A stretch of DNA of 45,770 nucleotides, the filler included, from Trichosphaerium sp. ATCC 40318 (taxonomy: Eukaryota; Protista; Tubulinea): NCBI GenBank assembly GCA_038496445.1. It is 2 parts of 2 records of this genome, joined end to end, with 100 filler letters (N's around TTAATTAATTAA, not from the genome) between each part and the next. Parts side by side here need not be neighbours in the genome. Positions count along the whole stretch, not along the records: positions 1 to 28,738 come from JALMLS010000296.1; 1 more part is not named here. One strand, written 5' to 3'. Position numbers and translations under genes: made by a program. This document shows, piece by piece, positions 1 to 10,516 of this stretch; position 1 is the stretch's first letter, and each line of letters begins with the position of its first letter. The notes beneath the pieces are model-generated. The model was not told the origin of the DNA, did not search any database, and worked only from the letters and a program-made list of their open reading frames with translations.

Positions 1-115
1 TTCCTTTCGGTTAGAGATTTCCACAAAAGAAAAAGTTATGAATATTTCTGCACTGAAAACGTCTTAAATAAAACAGCGGTATTAACGCAAGCATAGCACC
101 TCGTTTTAAGTAAAT

Positions 116-1483
116 ATGAGCACAAAAAGAAGCGTAATACATTAAACAAACAAAATGCTTCAAAAAAGAGAAAGAAAATGGGTTATTACCATATGGCGCT
201 ATTTCAAAGTGTATTGTAGGCGAAGAAGCCAGTTTTACAATTACATCCCGTGATAATGCCGGAAAAGAGCTCGTATGTATTGTTTAGAGCGTTGTTATTG
301 GTTTTAAAGTGCGCACTAGGTTCTTGAAACCGTTCAGGTAAAGATAACCGGTCCTGAAGATGGAGTACTACCTACAATTAGGTACACTTTGGTGAAAAAT
401 CCATTACATGTCACTTTAAAGTGTCCAGAGTACGTTGATACCATTTGGCTTAGAGTGCCTTCTGTTGACACTTTGACAGGAAGGAGACTACGACGTAGAA
501 ATACTGGATAGTGATGACATCTATGTTGAATATGAAGGTACTAGTCAGAGTTCGGTTCATCATTGGTTTCTGAATTACTTGAAGGAAAGGAAGTTACCAA
601 GTATGTTAAGTCGATATGGTCACTTAAATTACCTGATTGGATGGATGTAGATATTGTAGATGGGCGTATAAACAAACGGTTCGTGCCTCAATATTAATAA
701 ACATCCTGAACGTATAAGAAAATAATGAGAATAAACAGGGAGAGTGAAACTGTTGATGAATTTCTAGAACGTTGTGATCCAACGAAGATAAGTAACATGT
801 ATGCGGATTGGATTCAGGTATAATGTTGAATCCATATCTCCGTTTGTGAGTTAACTGGTTTAGCTAAATTCCCCTGACTTCGTTGATGATGTACTAAAAA
901 TGACAAATAAACAAATTGAAGCTGAAGGTGTGGTGTAATATTTGACCCTCAAGTACTTGAGTTTCAGTGATTAATTAGTTCCTAGGCAAAAAAATATTGA
1001 AGTCAAAGGGGACGAAGGAAGAAAAAGCTGAAAAGATAAGCGCTCTTGCCAAAAAATCAGGATTACTTGCTGGCAAATGTAAGTCCGAATAATGTTCTCT
1101 TATTAAACCTAACTTGAGTGTAGGGCTGTTATTTCCAAAAACAAAGGAAGTGAAAGAAGTTTGGTCAATGGTAGCAAGCCTTGTAGATGATTCTTTGGCT
1201 AATTCGGCCAAAGTAGCAACGAAGGGTAAAAGACCGTTTTTTCTTACTTTTTTCTTTTTTTTAAAATGCAAACTTGCCTTACAAATGCTAAGGGAAACGT
1301 TCTCGAAGCCATATATTATGTATTTATACAAAGAACTTCCTTGATGAAGAAGATGTAAATAATGTTAGAAGAGCACTTAGGGAACGCGGGATTTCAAGAT
1401 CTATAAAGTACAAGGCGGATATCTACACTCATCTGAATGTTTATAACAATAAGATTGTAAACGAGTTTACTTACAAAGGCTGA
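116..1483 (+). CDS. Multi-exon protein: N-terminal filamin/Ig-like repeat plus C-terminal DUF1917 (C11orf68/Bles03, eIF4E-like) domain
   Basis: Manual splicing gives MSTKKKQKENGLLPYGAISKCIVGEEASFTITSRDNAGKEL...EGDYDVEI (filamin-like). It continues ETVDEFLERCDPTKISNMYADWIQ...AGKWLLF...VWSMVA...AKVAT...LCIYTKNFLDEEDVNNVRRALRERGISRSIKYKADIYTHLNVY, matching DUF1917 motifs. About 9 short GT-AG introns. Confidence 0.75.
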
Positions 1484-1639
1484 TAAGCCAAACATAAAAC
1501 CTGCATATCTTAGCTTCCTTAGCTTGTTGTCAAATATTTTCTACTAATCTAAAGTCTCCTGTTGCCATTTTTTTTCAAGAACATACCAAACAATAACTTA
1601 TTTGAGCGAGTCACTATGAAAGACAAACCAACATACAAA

Positions 1640-4600
1640 GAAGTAATTAATCAGTTTTAAAGCATAATGGTCATTCGTAAACAGTCCAGTCTGAATAAGT
1701 CCAAAAACCACGCTTGGTTTGGTTCGTTGGTCATAATACAAATAATATAAAACAGTTTATTAGCGTATTTCTGCATTTTGAATGGCAGTTTAATATTCGA
1801 GCTTTCAGTGTCGTTTAGTCATAAATCACTTCGGGAAAGGATATGGTATCCCCTGTGTTATCTGTATCTATAAGAACAGTGACTTTATAAACCCAATGAA
1901 GAGCACATGATATATCTTCCCACAAAGAATTGTATTCCTTAATCATACCCGAACAGGAAGTCTCATAGAATAAAATGGATCCGAGGTAATTCTTTACAAT
2001 CTCATGCCAAAAATGACATGTCAACGAAACATTGACATAATCAGATGGAGCATGATGAAAGATACAAACAAGAACTTCAACCTGTAAAAAAAAAGTAAGT
2101 GGTGATGTTGAACCAATTGAACAGAAAAATACGTTTTCTCCTTTTCATCACAACCAGCACTTACAGGCATATTATCAATGATGCATAACTTCGTTTGAGG
2201 TTCATAAAGAGTCATAGCTTGTTTTGGATAAGAATTTGTATTTGACAGCATACGGCCAACTTGAACTGTCCAACATATTTCTTTGGCAGTAAATTTAGGT
2301 TTTAGCTCAGTTGCTATTTCTGATTTCCACGGTTTTCTTCCCAGATTCTAAAATAGTGAGAACCTTTTAGTCTTACTTTGGTCATGCGCACAGAAGTTAG
2401 TCTTCTCAAAGAAGTAAGGCATTCTCTATGCCAAGTATGTATCGGCCAATGAATCCTCATATTGTAAATTTTGACATCATGTGAAGTAAACAGAGAGAAT
2501 ATGTGTTTGTGCTCCATAATAAGTCTCATATTTGTTTGCCCTCTAGTTTGCCACTTTTTAACTGCTTCTTTGTCAAATTTATACATAATTGGTACAGTGA
2601 GGTCTAACATGACGTTTGTGAATCGTTCCTTAAATCTAACGAAGTGAGTGAGTTCTCAAACAAAAAACACGTGTTGAGTATGCTGTATACCGTTTCAGAG
2701 GTAGTCTTCCTTTGAATCTTAGTATGCGCGTATATACCTTCCATAAACGCAGCATTGATCCTAGAATAATGGTCTTCAAACAATAGAAATCCAACCTAAA
2801 CACAGTCAAACAAGAAGTTTAAAAAAAAAGCCAACAAAGCCTTGTACCTCTCGTAGGCTTTTTCAGCTTGGTATATAAAGTTGCTCATCAGTTCTTCATA
2901 ATGTTTATCATACCAACAGCATGCCTATAAATACCGTTAATTTAAACTTAGAGCTTCTTTCAGTACCTCTCTTTCTTCGCTTTTTAAGCTTTTTATTCGG
3001 TTAGAATGTTTTAAGATTGCAGCAGTTTGCTGTGGTTTTCTGTGTCTGTCGGTATACCGATACCAACGATACTCTGACTAATTAAATAATAAGTAGTTTA
3101 AGAGAATATTCTTGGTCACCTTTCTCATAGCTATATCCCAACGCCATTCCTTTTGATAATATGGATGAACAGGAGACAAAATCTCTTGTTGAACAGTAAT
3201 GTGTATTTGTTTTGGTAAGAACTCCTTTCAAAATGTGTTAACCCTTAGTTATACCTCTTCAAAAACCTTACATTTGGTAGTATGGCTATATGCAACATAA
3301 GCTGAATAACCATTAGGGACGCATTTCCTCCATAACTGCTAAGAAACGCATGTACAGGAAGACAACTAATAGCGTTTGTTATATGAACTGGAGAAGAGAG
3401 TACACTACCTTTTGATGGCTTTCTGCATAGCTTGTATATGTAATGGCTTTAGCAGTGAGCCTGATGGTAACTTTAATGATTTGCCAAGCATAATTGCATC
3501 CATAATGTCCACAGAAATTTCTTGTATAGCGTGAACTGCTATATTTTTTGGAAGCGCTTTCATCATAGGTCTTATGAAGCAAAGAAAAGAGCTTTGTAGC
3601 ATATTTTTCAAAGATCCATTACATATTGAGTCTACCTTGTTTTTTAAAATTTTAGCATGCTTGGCCCGTGTAGTGTGCTCATCAATGAACCTAAAGCAAA
3701 TGTGACATTTTAAAACGACAACTTCAAACCAAAACTCTGTACTTTTTGGCTTTGTTCTTCAATTTTTCATCTTCTAAGGAAACTACAGGTTCGTTTGTAC
3801 AAACCATAAAGTGATCAGGATCAGTATTAATAGGTGCTACAGAAAAACTTAACCAAAGTACACTAAGATGTGAAAAGTAAGTTGTACCATAAAACTCTGG
3901 AATATTTGGATCTTTCACCAAAGAAAACGCTTTTTTACGAGCTTCTGCGACAGTTCTTTTTACAAGTTAAGACATATATGTCGCGTGTTATAAAAAGAAG
4001 GTACGAAACTAAGTAATCTTTGAATTTAAAGGATACAATCCAGCAAAACGGCCTTTTTTTATCTTATTGGTATTAGTTGTACTATTGTATTTCTGGTAGG
4101 ATGTATCATGGTAACATTCGCGAGGTACTTTAACATGTCCATCCTTTTTAGACACCTTAAGAGGTGGCAAAATACGTGGAACATAAGGAGCATATCCATA
4201 ATTAGCCTAATTAAGAATAAAGATAAGCAATCCTTAGAAACAAAAGGTGTATGTACATATTTGCAAGTTACCCAATTTATTTCGTTTTTTATCGAGAAAC
4301 TAGGAGTTACTACCTTATACTTTTTACCAAAGCTTGCCTATAAATGTATCTCAGCAAACAAGCGTTGTATACAACGCAAAAATAACTCGCCTTTAATTTA
4401 ATATTGTCTACTTTGAAAAATCTACCTTTGCCGATATCAAGTCCCAAAGCTTGCTCCAAAACTATGAACAAAGTATTAAAAAAACAAGAAAAAAAGAAGA
4501 AAATAAAGGGTACTTCTCGCCACACATTCAGCGACAATCCAATATTCTTTACCAACTTTCATTTTTGTTTTACGTAATGTACCACTCGCTGTATAACGTT

Positions 4601-5300
4601 CAAGCAAAGTGTCTGTACAGAACCTAACATCCTTTAAAAAAAAAAAAACCAACCCAAAAAAATAGCTTTGATTTGCTGACAGATGAGGAATCGACTTACA
4701 ACAACTCAGGATTATGTGTCGCCATTATAACGAAGTGAGGTACTTTGTAGTCTCCCATCACACGCAATTTAACAAGAGCATATCTCACATACGGTCTACT
4801 AATTTTACAGTAAATCTGCTGACTCGGTTGGAAGTAATGATACTTTCCTTTGTATAAGCACCTTTAAACAAGTTTAACGTCAGCTGATTGCATCAGCAAG
4901 GTTATAGGTCGTACATTGCGTCCTTTTTAAGGTATCCTGCCTTCTCAAGCTTGTACTCAGCCCATTTTTCGAATTGTTGTATAAAAGCACATTGCTTCGC
5001 GTCAGTTATTGCTATAGTGTCGTTTGAGTCTGTTGTCGGTAGGTTTGACAAAGTATGGATATATTCGCCTCTCATTGCTTTATAATGGGTATACACATCT
5101 GCTTTAACCGTCAAACATGTATTTGAACTCTTAGAAAATATATCTCGCTTTTTGTCTCTGAATGCGATGTTTATACTGCCACTCTTGCGTTTCAAACTGT
5201 TATTGTGTTTGTCATCCCACATGTGACTAAATCTATATCAGAGGACTCCTTAGTTACAGCCAGCTATAGTTGTGGCAAGTTTTTGTTTTGTTAAGTTCGT
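1640..5300 (-). pseudogene. Large decayed intron-containing gene with SWIM-like and CxC-like segments; possibly a KDZ/Zisupton-type transposase remnant
   Basis: Many open exons are flanked by GT/AG. A frameshift near 2418 joins ...WHREC to PYFFEKTNFCAH (SWIM-like). The segment YVNVSLTCHFWHEIVKNYLGSILFYETSCSGMIKEYNSLW resembles CxC regions of KDZ elements. There is an in-frame TAA at 1815-1817. Boundaries are approximate. Confidence 0.35.
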
Positions 5301-5504
5301 ATTGAAAGGGCTTCGCGAAAATGATTTAAGATAACCCTGTTCAAAATGTAAACCAAGGTAATGTGAACCAATTGTTAACATTAGCTGTATTCCTACAGCT
5401 TCGCTACTGTGACTGTAGCAAACGAAAATAACTAAACTGGAAAGTATTTCAAAGAACAGATTTATATTACGAGATAAGACAACGTATTAAGCGAACAATA
5501 GCGT

Positions 5505-5700
5505 ACTCCCATAGTTACGTCACCTGTACCAGCTTCTGGAGCAGTCCAGGTAAATGCTATATTTGTTTTCTTATTAGATCCATCGCGGTGACGAAGGCTA
5601 CCATTGCACGCGGGGTACCAGTCCACAAAATGCTGTCAGCTGTAAGTGCAGGGTGACCAGAAAGAATACTTCCAAAATTGTACCAGTAGGAGAGCCTGTA
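5505..5700 (-). CDS. Reeler-domain-like exon fragment
   Basis: Open frame ACNGSLRHRDGSNKKTNIAFTWTAPEAGTGDVTMG matches the Reeler C...H...K...FTWTAP..G.G.V pattern and is followed by a GTACGC donor. Confidence 0.5.
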
Positions 5701-5796
5701 TAAAATGAAATGGTCACTCCCTACAAGTTCACCGGCCAAAGGAGTCGTCATGAAAAATCACAAAAAAAAAAAAACTGTCACAAATTTATTAGGAGG

Positions 5797-7366
5797 TTAT
5801 TTTCCTGTCCCTGTGAGAAGCAATTCCGTTGCAATTTCTTGTAAAAAACCTTTGGGAGTAAGGGCTCCGTCTTGACACTTATACAGAATAAAAGCATTTG
5901 TGAGGGTGTAGTAAAACTAACCATCAAGAAGTGTCATGTTTCATTTTTTGAACCGCCTATCGGTACAATAGGACTTGACCAGCTGGCCAAATTGATCACT
6001 ATTTCCCTTGGTGTCATCATTTTTATTTTTGAACATACCTTTTATTGCTACTGTCAAATGAACTTTTGTCATCATGTCCACAGTAGAGAGTGGTGGCCAA
6101 CTTTACGATTTCATTGTTATTTATTGCAACAGCAACAGTTTTGTCCAATGGTGCCAATCTTGTGTATCCCACAGGCACTTTTTTAGCAAGTAATTGCTTC
6201 AAAGCCACTGACAGTGGTTAGTATTACATGATGCAGTAGCGTCTAAGCCATATTCCCCCGGCTTGTTGAGATCCATGGCTGAACAAAAATAAGAGTCACA
6301 TGTAAAAAAATGGCACCTTCCAATTGTTTTCGACCATTTTGCACATGATACAAGGATTCCTTTGGTGTGAGATGAGGCTATATCAAAGCATTCATAAAGT
6401 CAATCAGATGCCTAGTTCGAATCATCGAGACACTTCAATTCTATGGCCCATGCGTATGGTTTCTTAATGTTGTGAGTTTTTATATGGCAATTGAAATATT
6501 ATGATGGAATACAGATTTCATCAACACAAGTGAAATAACCTGGTACCATGTGGCGCTTAAAGACAATCACTAGAAATGAATGTACCTTGTTAGCATCAAA
6601 TTTCATGTTGGCAGAGATATTGAAGTAGTGATTAAGTGGCAACAAACCTGTTTTCACAGTAAATAATATTTGTGCTTCACCTGTGCTCCACAATGTGCAA
6701 ATCTTCCATATTCCAATAATCCCATGCCATATCACTATGCCAGAGAAGTTCGTCATATGGGTAGTGATCCCATTTTTTAGGTCAGTGTGATGTTGTTCAT
6801 ATGTGCTTGTGAATAACAAGTTTTCAAAAATCTTATTATCCCACTTGAAGGTGAAAAATGCCATTGGTGTCTTGGCTTTTCCAATACCAATAATGTTACG
6901 TTGTATTTTAAGTTTAGTACAAACGTCTACCACGGGATAGTCAACATAGGTAAATCCGTAAGGCTTCAATGCTGCTGTCAAAATCGGAGCCCAAAGAAAT
7001 ATTAGTTGCCAGTATCGCAGATGTTATGAAGTACATACTGTATGGATTCTCTGTTTGAACGTTTCAACACACGCTCCTTTGGGCGTTTTCCATAATAGTT
7101 GGAAAAGCCAAGTCGTTGTTGCGACATTGGGGAGTTACGTGTTCTTTATTGTGAAATCCACAATTTTTGGGTTTACATAAGTTGACTTTTTTGATGACGA
7201 CTCGATGGGCCGGACTTAATTTGTTAGGGAAAGAGGAACGTGCCTTGTACATTGAGGTATCGCTCGCAGGGGCTATTGAGCACATCCTCATACATAAATT
7301 GCCACTGTTCACTGGACAAATTGTTACTGAGCACTCCCAAAAGCGAACAATGAGGCTATAAAGCAT
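5797..7366 (-). mobile_element. piggyBac-family DDE transposase pseudogene (DDE_Tnp_1_7-like)
   Basis: Motifs PGYFTCVDEICIP*...IKKPYAWAIELKCLDDS and KGNSDQFGQLVKSYCTDRRFKK*NMTLLDG*FYYTLTNAFILY...FLQEIATELL. Multiple stops and frameshifts. TIRs and TTAA ends not identified. Confidence 0.8.
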
Positions 7367-8425
7367 GTAAAGAGAAGAATAAGCCCGATATCATCATTTT
7401 TGAAGTTGCTTTCGCTAATGAAATATCAGGTGATAAAACAATACATTTTATTAATATTGTTAGGATGCCTGAGTACAAAAACATTATCAATGCACAGAAA
7501 ATGCCTTAAACTCACATGAATTCAGCCATATGGGCTTGTTTGTGGCGAGATACTGATACAGCTCACAGAGAATATCTACATTATGTAGCGGACCAGGTTT
7601 TTTGCTCCAGGCTGTGATATTGCAAGCATGCGAAGAGGCCAGTCACAAAAAGAGATATTGTCGCTAAGTTAGGTAAGTAGCATAAACGGCTAGCTACCTA
7701 TTTTGAATTGAATCCACGAATAAACGTCGTGATAAAACATACAAGTGGAGTGATATGTTGTGTGCTACCACTTCAATACGTTATGTAATCGTTGGTAAAC
7801 TGGTGGTCTATACAACGAGAAACAATACTTGTGAAGTTCAGCAGAACTCTGCGTGTTTTATGGTTCATAAAAATGGTGAATCTAATTTACCGGTTTTCGA
7901 TTCGTCATGATACGAATAATGGACAAATAGTCTTAAAAGTATTGCCGGTTTCTTGCTGGATTTTTTTTTACGAATTAAAAGAGGATTAAGGCATAGTTGC
8001 AAGGCGTTGCTGCTTAAGTTTGCAGTTTACCCGATATTACGATAAAGAAACTTCTTTTCTTTTTTGCGAAGCACCTCTTCGTAAAATCAACAAGTTTTTT
8101 GTATCTACAGCGAAAGGGACTCGCTCTCTCTCAAGTGGTTGCATTATATGAGCGTTACACGTTACTGACAAACTGCAATAGCGGTTGTGTCCCGATAGAA
8201 ACTTTAGCAGTAGCAAGGCACATCGGAGACGGTATACAGGAGACACTTGCAAACATAGGAGATGGGGTATGTCACCAAAAGCGAACAGGGTACAAGCTTG
8301 TGCCACAGCAACACACACAGCGAAAGACGAACGCCAACGGAGCGGTAGAGAGTACGCAACGCAAGAAAGAAAGAAAGCCGCAATATATACTAACAAGAAA
8401 ATTTAACCGCTATAAAAACCGAACT

Positions 8426-10516
8426 ATGACAAACAAAAATAAGGCATATAAAGGTGCCCTAGGACAGAGAAAAAAGGCTCGCAACCTTAAAGTGCGCTAT
8501 AGCTGCAAGGATAAACAAAGAAAGGAGACAAACCGTAACAGTGAAAAACGCACTGAATACACCCTACGAGAATCGCTCGAAGCCCAAATGGGTCTAGACG
8601 AGGAAGCGTACTATAATATACTAGCCGTAAAAATGCGTAATAACGACGCACAAACTGAAAAGACTCACAGACCCAGAAACAGCAATATAACATATGAAAC
8701 GATACGAGAAAACATTACGCAGATAAGGAATAAAATCGCAAAAACAGAAGCCACTCGGAAATACACGCACAACACTACCGCACGCCATAGCAAAGTGAGT
8801 GCACGAACCAAACTTGTAAAACACGACATCGCCAAAACTAGCGGTGTTAGGTGGGCAAAGGCCCAAAATAAACAAATTTCTTCCACAAATAATCGCACCA
8901 AAATTCAAATTGCCAACCACTGCCACGTAACACACACCCATCCGCATATGTCAAGATTCATCGGTTCCCTACCGCCACTGGGTGGCAACAGAAATACAAA
9001 CCCAACATCAACTGCAACAGCTCCAACTACTACGCAAAATCACATAGACGAACACTTTGGACACTCAAACGCCTCTCACTTCGAGAATGGACCGCAACTA
9101 GTACACGGTGTGTATCCTCTCTTCGTGATCCTACAAGGCGATGATACCTCCAGCAGACAAGTAGAATTATTTGCACAAAACGAGCTACAGAAGACAGATC
9201 ACCCGTACACGATTGAACCAGGTGTCGACTTCGTCCCTTTCTCTATCGTAGCCCTCCACTCAGAGCATGCAGCTGCTGACGTCGCCAAACTTATATGGGC
9301 AGCAGGTGGTGAAGCATATTTTGCTAGTCACATGCAACCAGCCGTCTGCCGTATACAGCTACACACCACAAACGCCCAGTACAACCGAAGCCAACAAAAC
9401 AACGCCCAACAACCGCAGTACAACAGCTACAACTACAACCCATGCGACGAAACAGCAACAGGATTGAACAGTCAACAACGCGACCGCATACAAAAGAGAT
9501 ATCCAAAAGCCATTGCTCTCGCCACTGGTTGGAAGGGAAGATACGGTACCATGATATTCTACTCGCACCTAACGCGAAATGAAGCATTGTTCTCGACTGG
9601 CATACTCGGTATCACGGAACACCCAATCATCCTCACGCCACCTATCAGACCAGTATATCCATTCACACTAGTAGTAAAAGGCCTCCCAAAACGTATGAGC
9701 GTATCAAGAGCTAGACACCTGGTGTATATGTGTATGAACAAGCGCTCATCCAAGAAGAACATCGCTGTTGGCAGATCAATTTACCGCAAAATATGTGCTG
9801 GATACGCATTCATCACCTACTCGTCCCAAGAAGCTATGAACGAGGAGCTCTGTCGCGCGAGTTCGACCGCCAACTACCAAGACGTACTAATCAACAACCG
9901 CCCACACGAATATGACGAAACGTGGAACTACAGATCCAACACGTCGGCCAAGAACCCAAAGAAAGATGAAGAAAAGACGCTCACTGATATGTACAAGGAC
10001 AAGTTTGATGAACACTGGCGCTCACTAAACATGCACCAAGTCTACCTAGAAAGGCTCATCTCCTGGTACCACTTTTTCTGCACCACTCGCATAGTAAATG
10101 ACACTTACACCTCTCTAGTATGGACGGTCTTAACCTCCAAATGGACGACCTACGCAACAAGACCTCAGAACTGGCACAATTCAACATCAAGCACGTCATC
10201 GGTACAACTGGCAAAAACTACGACGCACAACAAAACGACAGCGAGAACGTCGCCACGCAAACAGGTGCCATCGAAGGAGACGTACAAATGCCAGACTTCA
10301 ATGGAGAGAACAGCAAAGACAAGGAAACGACGGCTGGTAAACGCAACACGACCAAAGAAAAAACAGGCGTTAGCCCAGCAAAGAAAAAGCAACGCGCCAA
10401 ATAAAATTGTAATGACCAAACAAATAAAAATAACCAACGTTTCGTCATACCTTTTTCTCCTCTTTTGTGCCCAACCCCTCCTCTACTCCCTTCTTGTTGC
10501 AGTGTTCAAGCCATGA
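8426..10516 (+). CDS. LINE ORF1 (RRM nucleic-acid-binding protein). Unspliced form ends at 10516; predicted spliced form is join(8426..10065,10119..10404), 641 aa
   Basis: First ATG in the open frame is at 8426. RNP2/RNP1-like motifs TLVVKGLP and AGYAFITY, with further RRM-like beta/alpha segments upstream. Confidence 0.8.
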   Translation: MTNKNKAYKGALGQRKKARNLKVRYSCKDKQRKETNRNSEKRTEYTLRESLEAQMGLDEEAYYNILAVKMRNNDAQTEKTHRPRNSNITYETIRENITQIRNKIAKTEATRKYTHNTTARHSKVSARTKLVKHDIAKTSGVRWAKAQNKQISSTNNRTKIQIANHCHVTHTHPHMSRFIGSLPPLGGNRNTNPTSTATAPTTTQNHIDEHFGHSNASHFENGPQLVHGVYPLFVILQGDDTSSRQVELFAQNELQKTDHPYTIEPGVDFVPFSIVALHSEHAAADVAKLIWAAGGEAYFASHMQPAVCRIQLHTTNAQYNRSQQNNAQQPQYNSYNYNPCDETATGLNSQQRDRIQKRYPKAIALATGWKGRYGTMIFYSHLTRNEALFSTGILGITEHPIILTPPIRPVYPFTLVVKGLPKRMSVSRARHLVYMCMNKRSSKKNIAVGRSIYRKICAGYAFITYSSQEAMNEELCRASSTANYQDVLINNRPHEYDETWNYRSNTSAKNPKKDEEKTLTDMYKDKFDEHWRSLNMHQVYLERLISWYHFFCTTRIVNDTYTSLVWTVLTSKWTTYATRPQNWHNSTSSTSSVQLAKTTTHNKTTARTSPRKQVPSKETYKCQTSMERTAKTRKRRLVNATRPKKKQALAQQRKSNAPNKIVMTKQIKITNVSSYLFLLFCAQPLLYSLLVAVFKP

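Noticed and set aside
5797-6500. RIP-like hypermutation of TE remnants
   Set aside because: The few stops seen arise in mixed contexts; this cannot be supported without a consensus alignment.
8027-8032. TTACCC as a LINE target-site duplication matching 15686-15691
   Set aside because: Only 6 bp, offset from the tail, and expected by chance; the 5' end remains undefined.
8099-8425. TTG-initiated N-terminal extension of ORF1 in the ORF track
   Set aside because: There is no ATG until 8426; more likely 5' UTR or flank that is open by chance.
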